Below are positions 1 to 11,369 of a stretch of DNA of 64,000 nucleotides, piece by piece. Position numbers and translations under genes: made by a program. Each line of letters starts with the position of its first letter. The first letter of the stretch is position 1. This DNA comes from an uncultured Planctomycetota bacterium (GTDB lineage Bacteria; Planctomycetota; Planctomycetia; Isosphaerales; Isosphaeraceae): assembly GCA_963845755.1 (NCBI GenBank), contig CAWJTV010000026.1:32001-96000 (forward strand). Reading direction: 5' to 3'. The notes beneath the pieces are model-generated. The model made no database searches and was not told the DNA's origin. It saw only the letters and a program-made list of their open reading frames with translations.

Positions 1-23
1 TCAAACGTGCCTTCGTCTCGGCC

Positions 24-81
24 TGTTTGAAAAGGGGACTGGCTCCGAGCCTTCGGAGGCGCCTGTCTCCTTCTTCAAACA
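24..81. repeat. Palindromic REP-like element (copy 1), possibly acting as a terminator
   Basis: TGTTTGAAAAGGGGAC...GTCTCCTTCTTCAAACA imperfect inverted repeat with loop TGGCTCCGAG..TTCG.AGG.GCCT; a near-identical copy lies at 21329-21392. Confidence 0.75.
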
Positions 82-86
82 ACTTG

Positions 87-1730
87 TCAACGACGGAGTT
101 TCAGACGGCGGTAGCCGATCCGGTAATTGTCGGCGAGGATATCCGGCCAATCGCGGTCGTAGAGGTTCGCATTCTGGCCATCCACGGGGACCGCGGGCAG
201 CCACAGGTCGGGTATCGGGTCGCCGAGCCCGTAGACGGACATCAGGTAATCGAGCGCGACGTCTCGCGACGTCGAGATCTCCGCGAACAGATCGGCATCC
301 GTCCGCGGGTTGTACTTGATGGGAATGCGCCGGAGAACAGCACGGTCTTGCCGGCCCATCGCAGGCGATAGGCGATCGGTGCCGCGCCCCGCCCTCGCAT
401 CGGGATCGGCGTGATTTGGAACCCCGCGAGAGCCGGCCATTCGTCCGCCGCGCGGATGACCGTCCCGGCCGGACACGCGGCTCTCGAGAGTCCGGAGGCC
501 GGCGGAAGAGACGACTACCTCGGGATGGCAGCCGTCGATCAGCTCTCCCAGGCCGGCCCTCTGGCTCGCGTCGCAGGACGTCAGCAGCACGACCTGCGGC
601 TCCTCCGGCTTGCGGCCCAGCCCTCGGAGACGGCCCTTGACGAAGGAGAATAGCCCCGGACCTCCTGGGGCATCCACCAGGAACCGCTTCGAACCGACCG
701 CGAAGCTGTAGACCGCGGCGCCCTGGAAATCCCCCAGATAATCCAGGCCGGGCAAGAGCGACTTCGGGTCGCCGTCCAGGAAGTTTCTTCCATCCCGTTC
801 ATAGTGGGCCTGAAGCGTGGTCATCTCGGCGATGCCCTGGTCGAGCATGTCCTCCCATTGCTTCCGGGAAAGCCGAGGGTTCTGAGGGATCCGGTCGGCG
901 CGGGGATGGCCGGGCAGCACGAGATCGGGGACCGGCAGCGCCCGCAGCGAGCGGAGAGAAGCCGCGTAGGTCTGGGCGTCGCCCCGATAGCGCGGCGGCA
1001 TATAGGCCGAGTAGGTCCCCAGCGGCCGCCAGATCCGTTCGTGGGACTTCTCGTCACCGCGCAGCATCGAGATGACATCGCCCCCGAACAGGACGCGAAG
1101 GTCCGCGCGCTCCATGAGGTAACAGAGGCTCCCCGGCGTATGGCCGGGCGTCGCCAGGACCCGGAATCGGACGTCGCCGAAGGCGAGCGACTCGCCCCCT
1201 TTCAGCGCGACGTCCACCGTGGTCCGGTGGAGCTGCCCGCCCGGTAGCTCGAACGCGCTGAAAAACGCCTCGGCGGGCCCGCCGGCCCTCAGGACCGCCG
1301 CATCCCCTTCCCCGGCATAAACCCGGGCGCCCGCGGCGGTCCGCAAGTGCTCGGCGCCCCCGGAATGGTCCGCATGGGCGTGCGTCAGCAGGACGGCACG
1401 GATCTGTGTCCAATCGAGGTTCAAGCTCCTCATCTGCGCCTTGACCCCGCTCGCGTCGCTCAACAGGCCCGAGTCAACAAGCACCAGCCCCTCGCCCGTC
1501 GCGACGACGTACACCGCCGACGGTGCCAGGTTGCCCAGGAGGTAGATCCCCGGCAGGAGGGTCGTCGGGAATGGGACCAGCTCCGGCACCCGCTCGAGCG
1601 ATCGATCCGGCGCAGCGACCGGCCCATCCCGGATGTCCGCCGCGAACAGCCGGAGGGCCGCGAACAGCAAGACCAGACATCCCGTGTACCCTCCGCAACC
1701 CGACGGCCGGCGGAATGTGGATCGCCGCAT
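87..1730 (-). CDS. Secreted MBL-fold metallo-hydrolase with a second, degenerate MBL domain
   Basis: THAHADH (HxHxDH), TPGHTPG, LFGGD and PGH motifs; N-terminal hydrophobic segment; a stretch at about 480-340 reads out of frame (compensating indels). Confidence 0.8.
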   Translation of the reverse strand: MRRSTFRRPSGCGGYTGCLVLLFAALRLFAADIRDGPVAAPDRSLERVPELVPFPTTLLPGIYLLGNLAPSAVYVVATGEGLVLVDSGLLSDASGVKAQMRSLNLDWTQIRAVLLTHAHADHSGGAEHLRTAAGARVYAGEGDAAVLRAGGPAEAFFSAFELPGGQLHRTTVDVALKGGESLAFGDVRFRVLATPGHTPGSLCYLMERADLRVLFGGDVISMLRGDEKSHERIWRPLGTYSAYMPPRYRGDAQTYAASLRSLRALPVPDLVLPGHPRADRIPQNPRLSRKQWEDMLDQGIAEMTTLQAHYERDGRNFLDGDPKSLLPGLDYLGDFQGAAVYSFAVGSKRFLVDAPGGPGLFSFVKGRLRGLGRKPEEPQVVLLTSCDASQRAGLGELIDGCHPEVVVSSAGLRTLESRVSGRDGHPRGGRMAGSRGVPNHADPDARAGRGTDRLSPAMGRQDRAVLRRIPIKYNPRTDADLFAEISTSRDVALDYLMSVYGLGDPIPDLWLPAVPVDGQNANLYDRDWPDILADNYRIGYRRLKLRR

Positions 1731-2038
1731 GCTAAACCGTCCCCCTTCCAGCCGTCGTGGAGCCCGAGTTCATCCGCGAGCCCAGGACCTCGGCAATCGC
1801 CTCACTTTCGCTCAAGTTAACCGATCCGATTCCCGAGGTCGATGGCGACCGGGGCCTGACCGCGGCATCACGACCGGGGTCGCGTGGTGGAGTGCGGCGA
1901 GAAGTCTCGATTTTTCGTTGTCTCCACCGCGCCAACCTGGGAGAATGACCCCTCGCCCCGAGTGCGAAAGACGCCCCCCGGCTTGATGCCTGCTAATATC
2001 TTTGTTCCTTCAGGCACCGACAACTCGTGAGATGACTC

Positions 2039-4404
2039 ATGGAATCACCACCAGAACGCGCTGTGCCCCGTCTCGACGTGAGATTCCTGGCCGGGCTGAT
2101 CCTGGTCGCGGTGGTCGCGGTCCTGGCGATGAATGCGACCAGGCGGGTGGCCGAGCTTCCCAAGGAGACGGCGCAGGACGTCTCAGTGCATCGATCGGAA
2201 ACCGCCCCGAATGCCGCGGTGACCCCCGCTGATGCCGCTCGAAACCTCGTCGTCTCGCGGCGGGAGATCCGGAAGGGACTGGCGTATCAGCCGCGTAAAC
2301 CGATGGATACCAGCGCCTTCTACTCGGCCCTGGCGCACCTCGCCGCTGGCCGAATACCGCCTCGCTGGAAGACATCCGGGATAGTTGGAAGAAAGTTGAT
2401 GGGTGGATGGGCGTGGAGCTGGACAGGGCCCTGCCCCCTCCCGGCAAGTCGGATTCGCACCGGCTGCTGATCCTGCTGTCGAAGGCCAGTCTCCTCAACT
2501 TCCAGGGGGAACCGAAGCGCGCCTACGAATTGCTCGAAGAGACGCGGTCCTGGGTCGAGCAGAGTGACGGGCTCGCCGAGCTCGGCCTGTTCACCGTCAT
2601 CTACTTCCAGGGAGTGACCGGGCTGCGGCTGGGCGAGACCGAGAATTGCGTGAAGTGTCGGGGCGAGAGCTCGTGCATCATCCCCATCGCGCCGGCGGCC
2701 GTTCACACCATCCCCACCGGCTCCCGCCTGGCGGTCCGGCATTTCACCGAGTATCTCGAGCAGTTCCCCGACGACCTGGGAATCCGCTGGCTGCTCAACC
2801 TGGCCCACATGACCCTGGGCGAGCATCCCCAGAAGGTCGATCCGCGATTCCTGATCGCCCTGGACCATTTCGTCAAATCCGAGCTCGACATCGGCCAGTT
2901 CCGCGACATCGGCCACCTGGCGAAGGTCGACCGGCTGAACATGGCCGGCGGCGCGGTGATGGACGACTTCGACGACGACGGCCGGCTCGATCTGGCCACC
3001 ACCAATTTCGACCCGGCCGAGCCCATGGCCTATTACCACAATACCGGCGACGGGACCTTCCAGGATCGTAGCGAATCGGCCGGCCTGGCCCCGCAACTGG
3101 GGGGCAAGTATCTGGTGCAGACCGATTACAACAACGACGGCCGGCTGGATCTGTTCATCTCGCGGGGCGCGTGGTTCTTGTTGCCGATCCCGCAAAGCTT
3201 GTTGCGCAACGAGGGCGGCGGCAAGTTCACCGATGTCACGAAAGAGGCCGGGCTGGGCGCGCCGATGAATTCGACGTCCTCGCGCTGGGCCGACTACGAC
3301 AACGATGGCTGGCTGGACGTCTTCATCGTCGGGGAACGGCCGGCGGACCGCCTGTATCACAACCGGGGCGACGGGACCTTCGAAGACGTCACCGCCAAGG
3401 CCGGCCTGAGGAAGAGCGGCCCCTTCTTCGGCAAGGGGGCCGACTGGATCGACTACGACAACGACGATTATCCCGACATCTTCATGAACAACCTCACGGG
3501 GGACCCGAAGTTATATCACAACAACCGCAACGGGACGTTCACCGAGGTGACCAAGTCCATGGGGATCGACGGCCCCCGCAAAGGTTTCGCCTGCTGGGCC
3601 TGGGACTACGACAACGACGGCTGGCTCGACCTCTTCGCGACCTGCTACGACTACACGCTGGAGGACGTGGTCAACGGCCTGATCGGGAAGCCGCACAAGG
3701 CCCTTTCAAACCGGCTCTTTCGCAACGTGGGCGGCAAGCGATTCGAGGACAAGACGAAGGAAGCCGGCCTGGATCTGGTCTTCGCCACCATGGGCAGTAA
3801 CTTCGGCGACCTCGACAACGACGGCTTCCTCGATTTCTACCTGGGGACCGGCGACCCGGATTTCAGCCTGCTCGTCCCCAACCGGATGTTCAAGAACGTC
3901 GCGGGCCGGCGCTTTGCCGAGATCACCGGCTCCTCCCGGACGGGCCACCTCCAGAAAGGACACGGCGTCTCCTGCGCCGACTGGGACAACGACGGCGACG
4001 TGGACATCTTCATCGAGATGGGGGGCGCCGTCCCCGGCGACCGGTACCACAACATCCTGTTCCAGAACCCCGGCCAGGGGAACCACTGGCTGACCGTGAA
4101 GCTCGTCGGCCAGAAGACGAACCGGGCGGCCATCGGTGCCCGGATCAAGGCCGTCACGGCGGGCGAGACGCCGCTGACGATCCACCGCCACGTGTCCTCC
4201 GGCGGCAGTTGGGGAGCGAACCCGCTCCAGCAGCAACTCGGCCTGGCCAAGGCCGAGAAGGTTGCGACCCTGGAGGTCCACTGGCCGGTCAGTAAGACGA
4301 CCCAGGTCTTCCGCGACATCGCGGCCGATCAGACCATCGAGATCACCGAACTCGCCCCGGACTTCAAGAAGCTGGATCGGAAACCGATCCCGGCGCCGAA
4401 ATGA
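2039..4404 (+). CDS. CRTAC1-like FG-GAP/VCBS repeat protein with C-terminal ASPIC/UnbV domain (N-terminus frameshifted near 2340-2410)
   Basis: Repeated DYDNDGWLD motifs; NHWLTVKLVG..TNRAAIGARI and LGL..VATLEVHWP ASPIC/UnbV signature; the TM anchor is encoded in the upstream frame 2039-2470. Confidence 0.85.
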
Positions 4405-4405
4405 A

Positions 4406-5428
4406 ATGAGCGACCCGGTGAAAACCATACGATGGGGCATTCTCGGCTGTGCGCGGATCGCCCGCCGCGGGCTGGTGCCGGGCATCCGCGCCTCGGCGAC
4501 CGGGACCTTGCACGCGATCGCCAGCCGGGATCCGGCGACGGCGCGGGCCTGGGCCGAAGAATTCGGAGTCCCGCGGTCCTACGGATCGTACCAGGAGCTC
4601 CTCGACGATCCCAACGTCAACGCGGTCTACATCCCCCTGCCCAACGAGCAGCATCGGCCCTGGGTCCTGGCCGCGGCGGACGCCGGCAAGCCGATCCTGT
4701 GTGAGAAGCCGCTGGCGCGCGATGCCCGGGAAGCCGCTCTCATGGTGGAGCACTGCCGGCGGCGTGGCGTCCTCCTGATGGAAGCCTTCATGTGGCGGCA
4801 CCAGCCACGGACGCGGGACCTCCGGGCGCTCGTGGCCCGCGGCACGATCGGCGAGCTGCGGCTGATCCGATCCTCGTTCTCATTCCCGATCGCGCCGGGC
4901 GACTGGCGGCTCGACCCGTCGCGCGGCGGCGGCGCGCTCTGGGACGTCGGTTGCTACGGCGTGAGCGCGGCACGGCTCTTCGCCGACAGCGAGCCGGTAG
5001 CGGCTCGAGCGATCGCCCACCTCGGCCCGGACGGCGTCAACATGAGCCTCGCCAGCGTGCTGGAATTCCCCGGCGGCGTGCTCGCCGCCATCGATTGCAG
5101 CTTCGAGCAGCCATTCGCATGCCGTTACGAGCTGGTCGGCACCCGGGGCGTCATCGAAGTCCCCGACGCCTATCTGCCCCCAGCCCAGGGTAAGCCGACC
5201 GCCCGGTTGCGGACGACCGGTACCGGATCGGACTCCGATGCCGCCTCGGATCAAATCCAGACGCTCGAATTCGAATCGGTTGACCAGTACGCGGCCATGG
5301 TCGACGCCTTCGCCGGCTCCCTCGAAGCGCAACGTCTCCTCGACCCCGCCGAGGACGGCCTCGCCCAGATGACGGTGCTCGATCGGCTCATCAGCGATGC
5401 GCAAACGGGGCAGGAATCCCGACGTTGA
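4406..5428 (+). CDS. Gfo/Idh/MocA family oxidoreductase
   Basis: IRWGILGCARIA, VYIPLPN, LCEKP, GGGALWDVGCY; ATG lies just after the upstream stop. Confidence 0.9.
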   Translation: MSDPVKTIRWGILGCARIARRGLVPGIRASATGTLHAIASRDPATARAWAEEFGVPRSYGSYQELLDDPNVNAVYIPLPNEQHRPWVLAAADAGKPILCEKPLARDAREAALMVEHCRRRGVLLMEAFMWRHQPRTRDLRALVARGTIGELRLIRSSFSFPIAPGDWRLDPSRGGGALWDVGCYGVSAARLFADSEPVAARAIAHLGPDGVNMSLASVLEFPGGVLAAIDCSFEQPFACRYELVGTRGVIEVPDAYLPPAQGKPTARLRTTGTGSDSDAASDQIQTLEFESVDQYAAMVDAFAGSLEAQRLLDPAEDGLAQMTVLDRLISDAQTGQESRR

Positions 5429-5585
5429 GATGGTCGCTGCTCATCTCGGGCGGAAAGGCCGAGTGTCAGGTATCCTGAGACTCAGGAGTCAGGGAACTGT
5501 CCGCCTACATCCAGTCATGGTCTGGTCCGCTTCACGAAGTGCGGTTACGAGGCGGCAGCCGCGTCGCTCTGAGGAGGTGCCTACG

Positions 5586-6800
5586 ATGAAGTCGCGGAGT
5601 TGCTGGCTGGGCGTCGTGTTGGTCGCATCAAGTGGCGGGGCAATCGTTTCCGGGCAAGTGATCGGGAATGCACCCGGATCGTTGCCGAAGGAGCCGCGAT
5701 TCATCTTGAGAGATCACAGGGACGTCGTCTGGTGCGTGGCATTCGCCCCCGACGGCAAGTCGCTCGTGACCTGCGCGGGCAATCGAGGCGCGACGGCCGG
5801 TGAGCTGCACGGGTATGACCTGACGACCGGTACGCCACTCCAGACGTTCCTGGCCCGGGAGCCTCACGGCATTCGCTGGGTTGCCTATGATCCGAGCGGC
5901 AAGCTCCTGGCGACCGCCGAATACGACGGGATGGTCCGGATCCGCCATGCTGCCACGGGCAAAGTCCAGAGTGCACTGAGCGCTCACACCGGCGGCGTGC
6001 AGTGCCTGAAGTTCGCCCGCAAGAGCCGGACCTTGGTCACGTGCGGCAAGGACAAGAAGGCCATCGTGTGGGATCTCGCCACGAGCCAGGTCAAGACGAC
6101 GATGGTTGTTGACACCGATTACGTGTATTCGCTCGACGTCTCACCCGACGAACAGACGCTCTTGACCGGGGCCAACGAGCGGAAGGCCATCTTGTGGGAC
6201 CTGGCGACCGGGGAACGAAAACGGACCGTCCCGGGCAACAAGCAAGCGATCGAGGCCGTGGGCTTCTCGCCCGACGGGAAGCTGTACGCCGCCGCCGGCT
6301 GGGACGGGATTGTGAATGTCTGGGACGCCGCGACGGGAGCACATCTCCATGCGCTCGACGGCCCCGGCCGGGGAATTCTCGCCCTGGCGTTCACCCCCGA
6401 TAGCCAGTATTTGCTGGCTGGAACCGAGATCGGTGTGCTCCGGCTCTGGGACGTGACGAGCGGCAACGTCCTGGACACGAACAAGGTCCACGCCAGCAAT
6501 ATTCGAGCGATCACGTTCTCCCCGGACGGCAAGATGATGGCGACGGCCAGCCACGATTACACGGCCAAGCTCTGGGACGCGCCCCGGGTCATGCCGCCGC
6601 CCGCAGTCGAACGGTCCGCGGTGACGCCGTACAGAACTAACAGAACATCTGCCCGTGGCCGACCGCTTCAAAGGCGTTGCGAATGTGATCGATCTGGGGC
6701 TTGCGGCGGTCGTCGGGCCAGACGATCGCCACCACGTCGAACCGGCACCGTTGTTCGAGCAAGTTGTGCTTGCGGAGGAAGTGGAGCGCCGCCAGCGTGA
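5586..6800 (+). CDS. Secreted WD40-repeat beta-propeller protein
   Basis: Signal-like N-terminus; about 7 repeats of H...AFSPDG...W[DN]; the 3' tail overlaps yraN, so the true end is uncertain. Confidence 0.8.
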   Translation: MKSRSCWLGVVLVASSGGAIVSGQVIGNAPGSLPKEPRFILRDHRDVVWCVAFAPDGKSLVTCAGNRGATAGELHGYDLTTGTPLQTFLAREPHGIRWVAYDPSGKLLATAEYDGMVRIRHAATGKVQSALSAHTGGVQCLKFARKSRTLVTCGKDKKAIVWDLATSQVKTTMVVDTDYVYSLDVSPDEQTLLTGANERKAILWDLATGERKRTVPGNKQAIEAVGFSPDGKLYAAAGWDGIVNVWDAATGAHLHALDGPGRGILALAFTPDSQYLLAGTEIGVLRLWDVTSGNVLDTNKVHASNIRAITFSPDGKMMATASHDYTAKLWDAPRVMPPPAVERSAVTPYRTNRTSARGRPLQRRCECDRSGACGGRRARRSPPRRTGTVVRASCACGGSGAPPA

Positions 6801-7035
6801 TCCGGCGCTGTTTCTCGGGGGTCACGGCCTCGGCTGGCACTCCCTGACGTCGCGCCTTGACTTCCACGAAGACCAGCGTGTCGCCGTCCCGCGCGATGAG
6901 GTCGATCTCACCCGACCGCGCGCGATACCCGCGCAACAGCACGCGCAGCCCCTGACGGCGAAGGAACTTGGCGGCGGCCCGTTCCCCGCGATCGCCCAGG
7001 AGCCGATTCCAGAAGGTTCGCACAATCGGTGTCAT
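6637..7035 (-). CDS. yraN: YraN family (UPF0102) endonuclease
   Basis: GDRGERAAAKFL, GEIDLIARDGDTLVFVEVKAR, RFDVVAI, HIRNAF. Confidence 0.9.
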   Translation of the reverse strand: MTPIVRTFWNRLLGDRGERAAAKFLRRQGLRVLLRGYRARSGEIDLIARDGDTLVFVEVKARRQGVPAEAVTPEKQRRITLAALHFLRKHNLLEQRCRFDVVAIVWPDDRRKPQIDHIRNAFEAVGHGQMFC

Positions 7036-7047
7036 CGCGGCTGGGGG

Positions 7048-7368
7048 TCAGTAGATCCCAAGGTCTTTCTCGACGTCCCGGGCCTCCGAGCTCCATCCCA
7101 ACGAGCTCCGGCTGTTGTTAAAGAAGGGTTTCGAGTTCTTGCCTTCCGAGTCCACTGCCTGAATCTTGGACGAGTCCGACTCGACCGCCTTGACGTCGCT
7201 GCCCCGATGCGAGAGATCGTCGTCATCGTTGTGACGGAGCCACGATCGATGGGGCTCGCAGCCCATGGAGACCAAGCAGAGCGCACCCAGGACCAGCCTG
7301 CGCCAGGGAAATTGACGGATCATCATGATCCCACCTTGCCATAAGAGATGGAGCGTGTCCATGGTCAC
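7048..7368 (-). CDS. Small putative lipoprotein
   Basis: RRLVLGALCLVSMGC lipobox-like segment; C-terminal WSSEARDVEKDLG; the start may be about 40 nt further in. Confidence 0.55.
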   Translation of the reverse strand: MTMDTLHLLWQGGIMMIRQFPWRRLVLGALCLVSMGCEPHRSWLRHNDDDDLSHRGSDVKAVESDSSKIQAVDSEGKNSKPFFNNSRSSLGWSSEARDVEKDLGIY

Positions 7369-7520
7369 CCGAAAGGGAGACGGACGGTTTCCGATCGGCT
7401 CCTGCCTGTTGAACGAACGTCGCGCGCGGGCAATCAGACGTGCGCGGGGATTCTGCCATCGATCCGCGGAACCGTCCAGATCAATTTCAGCCCATCGAAT
7501 TCGGGAATCCTGTCATCCGG

Positions 7521-9055
7521 TCAGGCTTCAACGGATTCGAGCCGATCGCCCGGACTCTCGGGGTCCTTCCCCTCCCAACCCCAGAGCAAGGCAGCCAGCC
7601 CGATCAGCGGAGCCGAGCCGGCGATCATGAAGACCGGCGTGAAGCTGTGGGTCACGTCCTCGATCTTCCCGGTGAGGGGATGGAAACCGGCGACGAAGAG
7701 GTTGCCGATGGCCCCGAGGTATCCCACGACGAGCCCCGTGTGGCGCGTCGAGACCTCCTGGGTGAAGCTGAAGTAATTCGCCATGAACGCGGCCGTGCCG
7801 GCGGCCATGATCGAGATCAGGAACACGGCGGTGGGCAGGTTGGCGGCCAGACCGACGCTCAGGCCGCCGGCCACGATGAACGGGACCGCCGCGGCCATCA
7901 CGATCTGCCGCGCGCGCCGGGCACTCCGACCGCGATGCGCAATCTGGAGGGCAAGCCAGCCGCCCAGCAAGTTACCGCCGTCGGCGGCCAGGAATGGGAT
8001 CGTGCTGAGGAAATTGCCGGCCTCGAAACTCAACCCCCGGCGATTCAAGTAGGTGGGTATCCAGTTGACCAGGAAATGCCAGCAAATATTGATGCAGATC
8101 GACACGACCACCAGGATCCAGAACCGCCGATTGCGGACCATCTCACCGAGCCCCGAAGCCCAGCGCGCCCCCTTGAGGAGGTGGAGAGGAACCACGGCCG
8201 CGACCACCAGGGGGCCGAGTATCAGGAGGGCGATCGCCAGCCAGATCGACGTCAAGCCGTAGTAGAACGCGGCCAGGAGTTCCAGCAAGGCCACGATCAC
8301 GACACCGCCGAAGGCCGCGGCGACCGATCTCGGGAGCCGAGGACGAACCGGGGACGCTTCGAGGTCGTCGAGCGGGAGACTTTCTTTCTGTTCCGGCCGG
8401 GCCAGCAGCCGTCGATATTCGCCCCGGACCAGCAGCAGCCAGACGACGACCCAGACGAATCCCGCCGAGCCGATCACCGCGAACGAGGACCGCCAGCCGA
8501 ACTTCGCGGTCAGCAGCGTGACCGCCGTCGGCGTGATCACGGCGCCCAGGGCCGCCCCGGAATTGAAGATCCCGTTGCCCAGGCTTCGATCCGACGGAGG
8601 CAGGATCCGGGCCGTCACCCGCAGGCGCAGGGCCAGTTGAACGACTCCCCCACACCCAACAGCGCCCGGCAGACGATCAGCAGTCCCAGACTGGGCACCA
8701 GCGCCGTGGCCACCGCCGCCAGCGACCACCACGCCACCGCCGCCGCGTACGACCATCGCAAGTCCCATCGGTCAACCAGGTAGCCTGCCGGCACCTGGAA
8801 GAGTGCGTAAGTCAGGTAGAATGCCGCAAGGACCCAGCCAAAATCCACGTCCGCCGTGATCCCGAACGCCTGGCAGATTGGCTCGCGGAGCAACGAGATG
8901 GTCTGGCGGTCCATGTAATTCAGGACCGTCGAGGCGAACATCAGCCAGCAGAGGCCCCAGGCCCATCCGCGGGCAACGGGGACCATCGCGTCGCGTCGCG
9001 GACCGTCATCGGCTCGAGACACCAGGAACCTCCTCATCGTTGCAAGATCAAGCAA
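7521..9055 (-). CDS. MFS transporter (ExuT/ACS-like), split by an indel near 8625
   Basis: LNYMDRQ, GYLVDRWDLR and RALLGVGESFNWP in 8615-9055, continued by TM helices in 7521-8630. Confidence 0.8.
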
Positions 9056-9283
9056 CCTCGGATCGATCGCCTACAATGCCAGAAGCCGCAACCAGTTGCA
9101 ACGCGCCACCCGGACCGTTCGTACCGTTCGGGATCCACGCCGGCGCGAATTCCGGCGAGCCATTTGCCGTCCCTGAGTAAAATGACCGCAATGGACGAGT
9201 GTGTTCGGGCGAATGAGTCGTCGGTAGTCAGCGAAGATCAAGCCGACACGATCCGCAAATGACGTTGTTCTAACCGCTCACCC

Positions 9284-9314
9284 CTGACCACTGGCTACTG
9301 ACCACTGACGACTA
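9284..9314 (+). repeat. Degenerate heptamer tandem repeat (CTGACCA-type)
   Basis: ctgacca ctggcta ctgacca ctgacga cta. Confidence 0.6.
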
Positions 9315-9334
9315 AACGAGATAAGCGAGGAGAC

Positions 9335-11216
9335 ATGGAATCGACCGACCGCGCCCGGGCACGTCGCCGATGGCGGATCGCGGCAATAGCGATCGTGCTC
9401 GCCATCGCCGCCGGCCTGTTCGCGGCGCTCCCCCGGGTGCTGAACACGACGGCCGGGCGGCGCCTGCTCAGATCCCGTGCCGACGCCATCCTGGCGCCCG
9501 GCTCGGTCGAGTTCGCCTCTATCCGGCTTTCGTGGTTTCGGCCGACCGAGGTGCTGGATGTCGTCCTTCGCGACAAGCGGGGGACGCAAGTCCTCGCCGC
9601 GCCTCGGGCCAACTTCGCGTTGAGCCTCTGGCAGATCCTGTTCGCCCGGCCATCGAGCGCGACGCTGGGCTTGCCCGCGGCCGAGCTCGATGTCGAACGG
9701 CTCGACGACGGGACGATCAACCTGGTCGAGACACTCGAGCCGCTCCTTCGCGAGCGACCCAAGCGCCAGCTCATCATCGTGCTCGAGCACGGCCAGTTCC
9801 GGTTCCGGGACGGCGCCTTGCCCGAGCCGGTCGTTTCCGACGAGGCGGACATCACGCTCAATATCGCGGCCGATCCTCAGCCCATCACCTGGACCATCGC
9901 GCTGGGGCACGTCTCGGCCGGCAAGGAGCCCGGCAAGTTTGCGTTGAAGGGGAGCTACAGCCGCCCGGCCGACCGCATCGAGATCGGCGAGATGACCATC
10001 GAAACCGCCTACGGCCGGTTCGGAGGCTCGGGAGCGATCGACGCGCTGAGCACGACGCCGCAGGTCAACTTCCAGGGGTCGCTCGAACCCGATTGGCCGG
10101 CGATCAGCGCGGTCCTGGCGCGCGAGGTCGAGCCGAATGCCCGGATCGCCGGCCAGGCGCGCGCCTGGAGACTGGCCGGCACGCTCCCGGCCTCCGCCGC
10201 GGGCGACGACTGGCTCGGCGGGCTGCACGGCGAGCTGGGCGTCCAGCTCGACGCCCTGGACGTCTTCGGGATGCGACTGGGCGCGACATCGCTGGTCCTC
10301 CGCGCCGAGACGGCCGGCTGACCGTCAACCCGATCGACACGCGGCTCAACGACGGCGTCCTCCACCTCGAGCCGGAGTGGGTCAAGGATCGCGAGGGGTC
10401 GCTCCGATTGAAGTTCGGGGCGTCCTCCACTCTGGAAAACGCGGTCGTCAACGACGAGGTCTCGCACCGCGTCCTCTCCTATGTGGCGCCGGTCCTGGAT
10501 GGGGCGACGCGCGTCCAGGGCGCGTGTCGGTGAGGCGCGTTGACGCCGAGTTCCCCCTCTTCGCCGCCAAGGCGTCGCCGGTGCGGGTCGAGGGCGACGT
10601 GCTCTTCGACGACGTCCGATTCCTGCCCGGCCCGCTGGCCGACGACCTGATGGGCCTGTTCCCAGACTCGGACAAGACCAGTCCGTTGCTGGTGCTGCGC
10701 GACCCGATCTCGGTCCGGATCGCCGAGGGGAAGATCCATCAACGCGGGCTGACCATCCCCCTGGCAAACGTGGGGACGGCCGCCCTGGAAGGCTCGGTCG
10801 ATTTCCAGAAGAACCTCGACCTGGTGGCCCGGTTCCGCCTGAATCCGCCCGGTCCCGACAAGCCGTTGCTGGCGGCGCTCCTGCAGACGGCCCGGTTCGA
10901 GTTGCCGATTCACGGGACGCTCGCCGATCCCCGGATCGACGTCGAGGGGATGAAGGAACGGCTCAAGTCCATGGGGTCGGACGTGCTCGAAAACTCGGTG
11001 GGTGCCGGGGTCGGCGGTCTGCTCCGGTTCCTGGAGCAGCTCCCCGCGCGGCGGCAAGCGCGCAAGGCTTCTCCGGGGCCTCCCGAGGCCGGCCCGCCCC
11101 AACGGCCGGCTCCGATGACCGCCGAGGAACGCCGGCAACTCCGCCAGGAACGCCGGCTCGAACGACAGGAAAAGAAGGCCCAGCGCCGCCGGGAGCGCGA
11201 GAAGCCTTCTGATTGA
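9335..11216 (+). CDS. AsmA-like membrane-anchored beta-rich protein (two frameshifts, near 10315 and 10520)
   Basis: N-terminal TM; three consecutive frames 9335-10321, about 10317-10533 and about 10525-11216; C-terminal LEGSVDF...LPIHGTLADPRID. Confidence 0.6.
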
Positions 11217-11256
11217 ACCAGGGATGGCTGCATCGCGGGCATTTCTGGGAATTGCC

Positions 11257-11332
11257 GATTCAACATTCCAGATTCCAGATTCCACATGGGGATGCTTCCG
11301 GTTATTGAGTCTGGAATGTCGGATCGGGAATG
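11257..11332. repeat. Heptamer (ATTCCAG) repeat with an inverted partner
   Basis: attcaac attccag attccag attccac ... tctggaat gtcggat cgggaat. Confidence 0.55.
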
Positions 11333-11369
11333 GCTCTTTGCTCGCGGCCGAGGTCGCGTCAGGGATTGC

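Noticed and set aside
87..1730. True beta-lactamase resistance gene
   Set aside because: Only the generic MBL fold is supported; the tandem-domain architecture does not indicate substrate
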